Positions 29,573 to 37,980 of a stretch of DNA of 64,000 bases are shown in pieces. The stretch covers positions 4,320,001-4,384,000 of the forward strand of contig OZ244653.1 in assembly GCA_965218795.1 (NCBI GenBank). The letters are read 5' to 3'. Below the pieces are notes generated by a model. That model was not told where the DNA came from. It worked only from the letters and a program-made list of their open reading frames with translations, and did no database searches. Within the stretch, counting starts at the first letter, position 1. Each line of letters begins with the position of its first letter. Source of the stretch: a bacterium. GTDB taxonomy: Bacteria; UBA8248; JACPRG01; G963555815. A program made the position numbers and the translations under genes.

Positions 29573-32407
29573 ATGTCAAGTGAGGTTCTATTTCCAGTCA
29601 CAGGATGCTGGGTTAAGCGTCGCTGCACCAAGGGGCCATTGGGGCGGGTAGAAGAAGTGCACCGCAACGAATCAGCATCAAATCAGGTAAAGGTAAATTG
29701 GGGACAAGGCGAGCCTGAATGGTTGGTTGTCGATGAATTGGAGCCGGGATTTCAGCGCAAATGGACCGTTCAGGACGTGCCGGTCTCCGCAACGCGTAAG
29801 TCCCTGGGGCAAGGTCGCGTCGTAGGCAAACGCGAATTGGGCGGCCGCCACCAGCTTCTCGTGCAACTCGACGATAACGGACGCTCGGTCTGGCTGCCCT
29901 ACGAAAACCTGCGCCGGATTAAAGATGTGCGCATGCGCTATCAACGCACGGAGACAGGTACCGATAACCATGCCGAAAGGTTCCGCCTTCGTCTGCTGGC
30001 GCACGCTCTCGAAAACTGGAACCACCTCACCGGCTCGCTAGATCGGCTTGAGGTCGATCCGTTGCCGCATCAAATCCAGCTCGTCCACCGGATACTGAGT
30101 TCCGGTAACTACAATTGGCTGATTGCCGATGACGTTGGGTTGGGCAAGACCATCGAAGTCGGGCTGTTGCTTGCGGCTCTCAAGCGCAAGGGACAGGCGC
30201 GGCGCGTATTGATAGTTTCACCCGCCGGTCTCGTGCGTCAATGGCAAGATGAACTCTCCTACAAGTTCGCTCAAGAAGCCCAAATCTACGGGCGCGATTT
30301 CACCATCAACAAGCCGGAGCACTGGAAGTTATACGACCAAGTCATCGTCTCCATCGATCTCGCCAAGCGAGAGAACCACATGCAGGCGTTCCGAGAAGCG
30401 GGAGGATGGGACATCATCGTGTTTGATGAGGGGCACAAACTTACGCGACATGCGAGCGGAGAACGGGCGGATCGATACAAACTGGCGGAAATGCTAAGGT
30501 CGATGGCGGACGCATTTCTCCTCCTCAGCGGCACCCCGCACCAAGGCTATACGGATCGTTTCATCGCGATTCTTGAACTCGTGCGGCCTGATCTAAGCCC
30601 GAGAATACACACTCTCGAGGCCAACCCTGAAATTGTCGGCGATATGATTTTGCGGAACCGCAAGAGCGAGGTCACCGACGCCGACGGAGGGTTTATCTTC
30701 AAGGGGCAGCAAATCCATAGAGTTGCAGTGGAACCATCCGATCAAACGAAAGAATTCCAACGGCGTTTGAACAAGTACCTAAGGCACGGCTACCGGGCGG
30801 GAGAGCAAATGGGGGACGCTGGGCGCGCCATTGGTTTCGTCATGACAACCTACAGGAAGCTCTCCTCATCAAGCATCGCGGCGATCGATCGCGGGCTTAG
30901 GCTTCGTCTTGATCGCCTATTGCAGAGCGTGAATGGACACGACGAGAACGATCTGGCAGTTGATCTGACGTTCGGTGATGATGAACTTACCGAAGGCGGG
31001 GACGATCAGGACGATCTGGCATCGAGTTCGACGAGAGCGACGGAATTTTTTGATCATGAAAAAGAGGTGATCGAAGGTCTGCTTGCGGACGCGAAGGCCG
31101 TACGGGATAACGACGAGAAACTACGGATATTTCTTGACCAGGTCGTGGCCCCGATCGTGAGCGAAGGCAAAAACCTTCTGGTCTTCACCGAATACCGGGC
31201 AACGCAATCCTACCTTAAGGAGGCGCTCGAAGAGCGATTCTCCGATATTGGTGAAGTCGTGCTGATAAATGGTTCGATGAAGCTGGAGGAGAAGCTGGAG
31301 GCAATCGAAGCATTCAACCAACCCGCGCGATTCATGATTTCGACGGAGGCCGGTGGCGAGGGAATCAACCTTCACGAGTCATGTCACGTGATGGTGAACT
31401 ACGACCTGCCATGGAACCCGGCGCGGCTGGTCCAGCGTATCGGAAGGCTATACCGCTACGGGCAGAGCGAAACCGTCGTCGTGTTCAATCTCCACGCCCG
31501 CGATAGCTTCGATAACAAGGCCATTGATTTGATGATGGATCGCGTCATCCAGATCGCGCGGGACATGGCGCCCGTGGGCGCAGAGTACAATGATCGGCTT
31601 CATGCCGAAATTCTCGGCGAGGTGCTGGATAATCTCGATTTCGCATCCATCCTCCAATCGGCAACCGCGATGCAAATCGAATATACACATGAGCAAATTG
31701 ATGAAGCGTTAGCACGGGCGGAACGTGCGAAGCTCTTGCAGGATGAGATTTTCACGCACGTGGCTGGTTACGACCCGAATGCTCTGAGCGGCACCCTCGG
31801 TTTCACCATGCAACACGTCGACGTGTTCATCCGCGGAATGTTGCCAACTGTCGGGATCAAACTTGAAACGACTTTATACGACGGCGCGGTTAAGGAAATC
31901 CGGCTGCCCGAAACGCTTCGGGGCCAGTTCCCGGAGTTTGGGCAACGGACCGTGGTGAGGGTTACGACAGACCGCCGCCTCGCGCAGCGTCTTCGTGATG
32001 TCGTTCTGCTCGATTTCGAGACACCGTTTTTCCGATATCTGATTGAGGAGGCGAAATTGCAGGGTTTCGATGGGCTATACGCCTCGACCCGTTCGGTCGC
32101 CGACAACCAGGGCATCCTTGTCGCCTTCAAGCTTCGCTGGCAGAACGACCAGGGGGAGGTCTTAACGGAGGAATTTGTTCCGCTGTTCGCCGCGAAAAAC
32201 GGAGAGATCACGAAGAACCCACCATTTCTCGCGGAGTGGCTGGTATCGCCGGTTCCGTCCGCCACGGCGCCAGACCTGCAAATGGCGGAGCGCCCGGAAA
32301 TTTACGACCGCTTAGTGGCAAAAGCCAACCGGCTCCTTGCCGCCGAAAGCACCCGCTTCAAGCATCCAAACGGGCTTGTAGAACTCGCGGCGGCGGATTA
32401 TAGATAG
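29573..32407 (+). CDS. SNF2-family ATPase/helicase with RapA-like architecture
   Basis: ADDVGLGKT, DEGH, SGTP, STEAGGEGINL, QRIGRLYRYGQ; N-terminal beta-rich Tudor/SH3-like segments. Confidence 0.92.
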   Translation: MSSEVLFPVTGCWVKRRCTKGPLGRVEEVHRNESASNQVKVNWGQGEPEWLVVDELEPGFQRKWTVQDVPVSATRKSLGQGRVVGKRELGGRHQLLVQLDDNGRSVWLPYENLRRIKDVRMRYQRTETGTDNHAERFRLRLLAHALENWNHLTGSLDRLEVDPLPHQIQLVHRILSSGNYNWLIADDVGLGKTIEVGLLLAALKRKGQARRVLIVSPAGLVRQWQDELSYKFAQEAQIYGRDFTINKPEHWKLYDQVIVSIDLAKRENHMQAFREAGGWDIIVFDEGHKLTRHASGERADRYKLAEMLRSMADAFLLLSGTPHQGYTDRFIAILELVRPDLSPRIHTLEANPEIVGDMILRNRKSEVTDADGGFIFKGQQIHRVAVEPSDQTKEFQRRLNKYLRHGYRAGEQMGDAGRAIGFVMTTYRKLSSSSIAAIDRGLRLRLDRLLQSVNGHDENDLAVDLTFGDDELTEGGDDQDDLASSSTRATEFFDHEKEVIEGLLADAKAVRDNDEKLRIFLDQVVAPIVSEGKNLLVFTEYRATQSYLKEALEERFSDIGEVVLINGSMKLEEKLEAIEAFNQPARFMISTEAGGEGINLHESCHVMVNYDLPWNPARLVQRIGRLYRYGQSETVVVFNLHARDSFDNKAIDLMMDRVIQIARDMAPVGAEYNDRLHAEILGEVLDNLDFASILQSATAMQIEYTHEQIDEALARAERAKLLQDEIFTHVAGYDPNALSGTLGFTMQHVDVFIRGMLPTVGIKLETTLYDGAVKEIRLPETLRGQFPEFGQRTVVRVTTDRRLAQRLRDVVLLDFETPFFRYLIEEAKLQGFDGLYASTRSVADNQGILVAFKLRWQNDQGEVLTEEFVPLFAAKNGEITKNPPFLAEWLVSPVPSATAPDLQMAERPEIYDRLVAKANRLLAAESTRFKHPNGLVELAAADYR

Positions 32408-32640
32408 GGCAGTTCTAGCTAAGGACGCTGTTGCGTGGAATTCGTCCATGTTTTCAATTGGTTAAGCAACTCCTGGTGGTTTCCGCCATTGAAGCGCCAT
32501 TCGCAATCCTTCAGGAAGAGGTAGAGCTTTGTCGCGGGATACCGTTGAAACGCCGCAAGTGCCGCTTGGCTTGGTTCCAGAAGTTCTCGATTCCGTTGAT
32601 GGGGTTGCCCTCGCCTGAGAGCCGTTTCTGAAAAGTTTCC
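32407..32640 (-). pseudogene. IS1595-family (IS1016-like) transposase 3' remnant with terminal IR
   Basis: NPINGIENFWNQAKRHLRRFNGIP, then frameshifted LYLFLKDCEWRFN; IR-like GGGCAGTTCTAGCTA starts at 32407. Confidence 0.82.
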
Positions 32641-32820
32641 TTGAACGCTGGGAGACCTCCACGTCCACCGCCTTCAGCATGGCGGCGATGTCCGCCCGCC
32701 AGGCAGACGCAAATGATTGAAAACACGCCGGATACGACAAGACCCCGATGGGGTCTCCCTCGGGGTCTCGCGTTAACTGATGGGTCGCCAGAGTTGGCGG
32801 TTACAAATTTGGCTGGGCGG

Positions 32821-33369
32821 TTAAGCCTCTTCTTTGGTTCTCTTGCGAGAGTTTCCTCTCAGGATCATATCGAGAAAGAGAAGCCCCACGCCCGTCGAGA
32901 TGGCCGTGTCGGCGATGTTGAAGGCCGGCCAGGGGATGATGGGCGGGAAGTAGATGTCCCCGGCGTAGAATTCAAGAAAATCCACAACTTCCTGAAACCT
33001 CACCCGGTCGATCAGGTTTCCCGCCGCGCCGCCCAGGATGAGCGAGAGCCCCCAGCGGTGGGCACGCTGGCCGGGATTCGACTGCTTATAGTAGTAGAGG
33101 ATTCCGATACCGATGATGATCGTCAGAACGACGAAGAAGGGTATGACGACGGCCGGGTTCCCCGACGCCAGCAGGCCGAAGGCCGCGCCCGGATTCCGAA
33201 CGTACGTCAGATTGAAGAAGCCGGGAATGACGGTGACGGATTCACCCGGAAACAACGATGCCTGGACGACGGCTTTGGTGAACTGGTCCAGGAGGACGAC
33301 GCCGCCGGCGATGAGGATCAGGAACGAAAACCTGACCTTTGGTACGGGTTCTGTCAGGCCGGTCGTCAC
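32821..33369 (-). CDS. lspA: Lipoprotein signal peptidase II
   Basis: DQFTK, NPGAAFG, GAAGNLIDR, VVDF, FNIAD; follows ileS. Confidence 0.96.
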   Translation of the reverse strand: MTTGLTEPVPKVRFSFLILIAGGVVLLDQFTKAVVQASLFPGESVTVIPGFFNLTYVRNPGAAFGLLASGNPAVVIPFFVVLTIIIGIGILYYYKQSNPGQRAHRWGLSLILGGAAGNLIDRVRFQEVVDFLEFYAGDIYFPPIIPWPAFNIADTAISTGVGLLFLDMILRGNSRKRTKEEA

Positions 33370-33373
33370 CCTG

Positions 33374-36160
33374 TCAACCCAAAATTGAAGCGCACCGGCG
33401 GCAGAGGGTCGGATGATTCGCATCCACCCCCACCGTAGGGAGGACCATCCAGCACCGTTCGCACTTCTCCCCCTCCGCGCGCTCCACCCGAACGGTCCAC
33501 GGGGTGTCTCCGTCGCCGCCGGGCGCCGATTCCACTTCCACCCCCGAGACGATGAAGAGCATGGGGAGGTCGTCGCGGTAGGGCTCGAGGAAAGACAGGA
33601 ACTCGTCCGACGCGGAGACGATCGCCTTTGCGTTCAGCGCGCTTCCCAGGCCCTCGTTCGCGCGGGCCCCCTCCAGCGCCTTCAGGGCGCCGTCCCGCAG
33701 TTCGAGCAGGCGGTCCCACCGGGCGGCCAACGCCTCATCCAGATGCGATTCATCGACTTCCGGGAGGAGGGCCAGGTGAACGCTGGGTTCCCGATCCGGG
33801 GACGGGTGAGGCATGAACTCCCAGACCTCGTCCGACGTGAACGGAAGGATCGGGGCCATCAGCCGCACCATGGCGTCGGCCAGCGCGCGCATGACGGTCT
33901 GCGCGCTCCGCCGGGCCTCCGATTCGGCGGCCTCGACGTACAGGCGGTCCTTGATGACATCCAGATAAAAGGCCGACAGATCCACCGCGCAGAAGTTGTG
34001 GAACGTCTGGTAGAAGAGATGGAATTCATACCGGTCGTATGCGGCTCTGACCCGCTGGATGAGCCCCGCCAGCTTGTGGAGCATGAACCGGTCGATCTCG
34101 CCGAGCCGGTCATAGGGGACAGCATCCTTCGACAGGTCGAAATCGTAGAGGTTTCCCAGGAGAAACCGGGAGGTGTTCCGGATGCGGCGGTACGCCTCCG
34201 AGTTGCGCTTCAGGATCTCCTGTGAGATCCGCACGTCCTCGCGGTAATTCTCCGAAGCCACCCACAGGCGGATGATCTCCGCGCCGCTCTGCTTGATGAT
34301 GTCCAGCGGGGAGATGACATTGCCGAGCGATTTGGACATCTTCCGGCCGTTGGCGTCCACCACGTAGCCGTGCGTCAGAACCGTATCGTAGGGGGCCCGG
34401 CCCCGCGTGCCGACCGATGCCAGCAGCGAGCTGTGAAACCACCCCCGGTGCTGGTCGCTCCCCTCCAGGTACATGTCGGCGGGCCAGGAGAGGTCGGCGT
34501 CCGGCTCCAGGACGGCGGCGTGCGACACGCCCGAATCGAACCAGACGTCCAGGATATCCAGGACCTTCTCGAAGTTCGCCGAGCCGCACGAGGGGCAAGC
34601 GAGCCCGTCCGGCGTGAAATCGGCGATGTCCCGATCGAACCAGGCGTCGGCCCCTTCCTTCTCCATCCACTCCGCGGCGCGCTCGGCGATTTGCGGGTCG
34701 ATCACGGCTTCGCCGCAGTCCTTGCACGAGAAGGCCGTGATGGGAACGCCCCAGGTCCGCTGGCGGGAGATGCACCAGTCGGGCCGGTTCTCGACCATTC
34801 CGTAGATCCGCTCCTGCCCCCAGGCGGGGAGCCACCCGACCCGGCGTATCTCTTCCAGGGCCTTTTCCCGGAGTTCGTTGTGCCTCATGGAGATGAACCA
34901 CTGTGGCGTCGCGCGGAAGAGCACCGGGTTGCGGCATCGCCAGCAATGCGGATAGGTATGCTCGATTCGCTCCTGCGCGATGAGGGCGCCGGTCGATTCC
35001 AGGCGCTCGACGATCTTCGGGTTGGCGTCCCAGACGGTCATGCCGCCGAACAGGGGGAGGTCCTTGTAGAACCGGCCGTGGTCGTCCACGGGGCAGAGAA
35101 CCTCCAATCCATACGCCTGGCCCGTCTCGTAGTCCTCCCGGCCGTGTCCGGGGGCCGTGTGGACGGCGCCGGTGCCCTGCTCCAGGGTGACGTAGTCCGC
35201 CAGGACGCCGATCGAATCGCGCTCGATGAACGGGTGACGGAAGACCGATCCTTCCAGGGCCTTGCCGGGATACTTCTGGAGGATCCGGTGCTCGGTGACT
35301 TCGAAAATCTCCATCAGCGCCGGAGTGAGACGCTCGGCCAGGATCCAGTGACGGGTCTCGTCCCGGACTTTGGCTTCGACCAGGGCGTAGTCGTACTCCG
35401 GGTGAAAGGCCACGGCCAGGTTGGCCGGCAGCGTCCATGGGGTCGTCGTCCAGATGACGACCGCCGCGCCCTCGGGGAGGTTCGCCGCCTCTCCGCCCCG
35501 GACGTACGGGAAGGCTGCATACACCGACGGCGAGATGTGGTCCTCGTACTCCACCTCGGCCTCGGCCAGCGCCGTCAGGTCGTACGTGCACCAGTGCACG
35601 GGCTTGAGGCCCCGGTAGACGGAGCCGGCCCGCAGGAATTTTTCGAGTTCCCGGACGGTGGCGGCCTCGAAGCCGTGATTCATGGTGAGGTAGGGCGTGT
35701 CCCATGCCCCGTAGGCCCCCAGCCGCTCGAACTCCTCCCGCTGGATCTGGACGTACTTCTCCGCAAACGCCCGGCACCGCCGGCGCTTTTCCGAAGGGGC
35801 GATGGTGTCCTTTTCCTTGCCGAGCTCGCGATCGACTTGGTGTTCGATGGGCAGCCCGTGGCAGTCCCAGCCGGGGACGTAGGGGGCGTCCAACCCTTCC
35901 ATGGCCTTGATCCGGACGACGAAATCCTTGAGTACCTTGTTCAGCGCGGTCCCCATGTGAATGTGGCCGTTGGCGTACGGGGGGCCGTCGTGCAGGACGA
36001 ATTTTTCCGCGCCCCGCCGGGCCTCGCGCAGCCTTCCGTAGACGTTCAGGTCCTTCCAGCGCTGAAGCCGCTTGGGCTCATTGACGGGGAGACCCGCCTT
36101 CATGGGGAAGTCGGTCTTCGGCAGGTTGAGCGTCGCCTTGTAATCCAGTTTTTCGGTCAT
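33374..36160 (-). CDS. ileS: Isoleucine--tRNA ligase (type 1)
   Basis: HDGPPYANG-HMGT, GWDCHGLP, WTTTPWT, KMSKS, C-terminal CERC/CRRC Zn site. Confidence 0.98.
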   Translation of the reverse strand: MTEKLDYKATLNLPKTDFPMKAGLPVNEPKRLQRWKDLNVYGRLREARRGAEKFVLHDGPPYANGHIHMGTALNKVLKDFVVRIKAMEGLDAPYVPGWDCHGLPIEHQVDRELGKEKDTIAPSEKRRRCRAFAEKYVQIQREEFERLGAYGAWDTPYLTMNHGFEAATVRELEKFLRAGSVYRGLKPVHWCTYDLTALAEAEVEYEDHISPSVYAAFPYVRGGEAANLPEGAAVVIWTTTPWTLPANLAVAFHPEYDYALVEAKVRDETRHWILAERLTPALMEIFEVTEHRILQKYPGKALEGSVFRHPFIERDSIGVLADYVTLEQGTGAVHTAPGHGREDYETGQAYGLEVLCPVDDHGRFYKDLPLFGGMTVWDANPKIVERLESTGALIAQERIEHTYPHCWRCRNPVLFRATPQWFISMRHNELREKALEEIRRVGWLPAWGQERIYGMVENRPDWCISRQRTWGVPITAFSCKDCGEAVIDPQIAERAAEWMEKEGADAWFDRDIADFTPDGLACPSCGSANFEKVLDILDVWFDSGVSHAAVLEPDADLSWPADMYLEGSDQHRGWFHSSLLASVGTRGRAPYDTVLTHGYVVDANGRKMSKSLGNVISPLDIIKQSGAEIIRLWVASENYREDVRISQEILKRNSEAYRRIRNTSRFLLGNLYDFDLSKDAVPYDRLGEIDRFMLHKLAGLIQRVRAAYDRYEFHLFYQTFHNFCAVDLSAFYLDVIKDRLYVEAAESEARRSAQTVMRALADAMVRLMAPILPFTSDEVWEFMPHPSPDREPSVHLALLPEVDESHLDEALAARWDRLLELRDGALKALEGARANEGLGSALNAKAIVSASDEFLSFLEPYRDDLPMLFIVSGVEVESAPGGDGDTPWTVRVERAEGEKCERCWMVLPTVGVDANHPTLCRRCASILG

Positions 36161-36249
36161 GGATTTCGCGGTGGTGGATCGAGGAGCAACACGGCGCAAA
36201 GTTCGGGCGCCCTGCCCCCGCTCAGTGCGCGGGCGTCCGTCCGGCTGCT

Positions 36250-37242
36250 CTATAAGTGCATCGCGGCCTTGGCCTCGTCCAGGGTTTTTCGGGCGTCCTC
36301 ACGAGCCTTCCGGCTGCCTTCTTCGAGGATGTCGCGGATCGTGTCCGGGTTCTGCAGCAGCCTCCGGCGCCGTTCCTGAATGGGGTCGAGGTATCCCGTC
36401 AGGTTCTTGTGAAGGACCTTCTTGCAATCCACACAGCCGATTTCAGCCGATCGGCATCCTTGGGCCGCCCACCCGAGCTCCTCGTCCGATGAGAAGATTC
36501 GGTGGAGATCGTACACCGGGCAGACATCGGGGTCGCCCGGGTCGTTCCGGCGCTTGCGGGCGGGGTCGGTCATCATGGTCATGATCTTCTGCCGCAGGGG
36601 CTCGCCCTCGTCGCTCAGGTAGACGGCGTTGTCGTAGCTCTTGCTCATCTTCCGGCCGTCGGTGCCGGGCAGTTTGGGAACCTCCGTCAGCTTCGGCTGA
36701 GGCTCGGGGAACACGTCGGTTCTGGAAATGAAATTGAACCGCCTGACGACCTCGCGGGCGAGTTCGATGTGCGCGACCTGATCCACTCCGACCGGGACCC
36801 AGTGGGCCTTGTAGATGACGATATCGGCCGTCTGGAGGAGGGGGTACCCGAGAAACCCGTAGGTGCCCAGGTCCACCTCGCTGATCTGCTCCTGCTGCTC
36901 CTTGTAGGAGGGGACGCGCTCCAGCCAGCCCAACGGGGTGATCATGGAGAACAGCAGGTGCAGCTCGGCGTGCTCCGGCACCTTTGACTGGATGAAGATC
37001 GTGCTGCGCTCGGGGTCCAGCCCGGCCGCCATCCAGTCCGCCGCCATTTCCGTGATGAGGGTCTGGATCTCCGCGGTGTCGTTGTAGTCCGTCGTCAGGG
37101 CATGCCAGTCGGCCACGAAGAAGAAACAGCGATAACCTTCCTGTAGATCCACCCAGTTCTTGAGCGCCCCGAAGTGGTTTCCCAGATGAAGTTTGCCCGA
37201 GGGGCGCATCCCGCTGAGGACGCGTTCCGGTTGCGTGGTCAC
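36250..37242 (-). CDS. trpS: Tryptophan--tRNA ligase
   Basis: SGMRPSGKLHLGN, YPLLQTADI, VPVGVDQ, KMSKS. Confidence 0.98.
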   Translation of the reverse strand: MTTQPERVLSGMRPSGKLHLGNHFGALKNWVDLQEGYRCFFFVADWHALTTDYNDTAEIQTLITEMAADWMAAGLDPERSTIFIQSKVPEHAELHLLFSMITPLGWLERVPSYKEQQEQISEVDLGTYGFLGYPLLQTADIVIYKAHWVPVGVDQVAHIELAREVVRRFNFISRTDVFPEPQPKLTEVPKLPGTDGRKMSKSYDNAVYLSDEGEPLRQKIMTMMTDPARKRRNDPGDPDVCPVYDLHRIFSSDEELGWAAQGCRSAEIGCVDCKKVLHKNLTGYLDPIQERRRRLLQNPDTIRDILEEGSRKAREDARKTLDEAKAAMHL

Positions 37243-37284
37243 TTCCCGTTTTCCTTTATCCGGTCAGGGGTCCCGATGGCCCCG

Positions 37285-37911
37285 TTAGATTCCGTACACC
37301 CGGAGCAGCGTCCGGATGATCGGGAAAATCGTGTAGTCCAGGACCTGGAAAAAGATAAGGCCCAAAAGAATCAAAAACCCATAGGGCTCGATTCGGCTGT
37401 AGGCCATCGACCCGCGCGGGCTCAGCAGTCCGTTCAGGATCCGGCCGCCGTCCAGCGGCGGGATCGGGATCAGGTTGAATACCATCAGCGCCAGATTGAT
37501 CTGAACGCACAGGAAGACGATCAGAAACAGGGGCTCGTGCCCCCAGAACGCCTCTCCCCTCCGCGGGTCGGGAAGGAGGTGGTACATGGCGGCGAACACG
37601 GTCGCGAGCGCCAGGTTCGAAGCCGGACCCGCCAGGGCGACCCACATCATGTCCTGACGCGGCCGCTTCAGGTTTCGGACATCGACGGGAACGGGCTTCG
37701 CCCAGCCGATCATCTGTGTGATCACGAGCGCCAAGGTCCCGATCGGATCCAGATGCCGGAGAGGATTCAGCGTCACGCGCCCAAGCATCCGGGCCGTCGG
37801 ATCCCCCAGACGGTCGGCCATCCACCCATGGGCCGCCTCGTGGACGGAAATGGCCAGGAGGAATGCCGGCAGGATGACGGCGAGTCTCTGAACCAGCAGG
37901 TTGATATCCAC
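37285..37911 (-). CDS. Site-2 protease (M50) family metalloprotease
   Basis: HEAAH, AGPASN, FNLIPIPPLDG. Confidence 0.94.
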   Translation of the reverse strand: MDINLLVQRLAVILPAFLLAISVHEAAHGWMADRLGDPTARMLGRVTLNPLRHLDPIGTLALVITQMIGWAKPVPVDVRNLKRPRQDMMWVALAGPASNLALATVFAAMYHLLPDPRRGEAFWGHEPLFLIVFLCVQINLALMVFNLIPIPPLDGGRILNGLLSPRGSMAYSRIEPYGFLILLGLIFFQVLDYTIFPIIRTLLRVYGI

Positions 37912-37980
37912 GAACTGACTACCTTTCGACCCTTCGAGGGGCGGCGAAACGAAAACTCTTACCAAACCGGTTGAACCCTG

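Noticed and set aside
29573-32407. Calling the SNF2 gene DISARM drmD, zorD or rapA
   Set aside because: No drmABC, methylase or zorAB partners are present, and the island context argues against housekeeping rapA; only the family call is supported.
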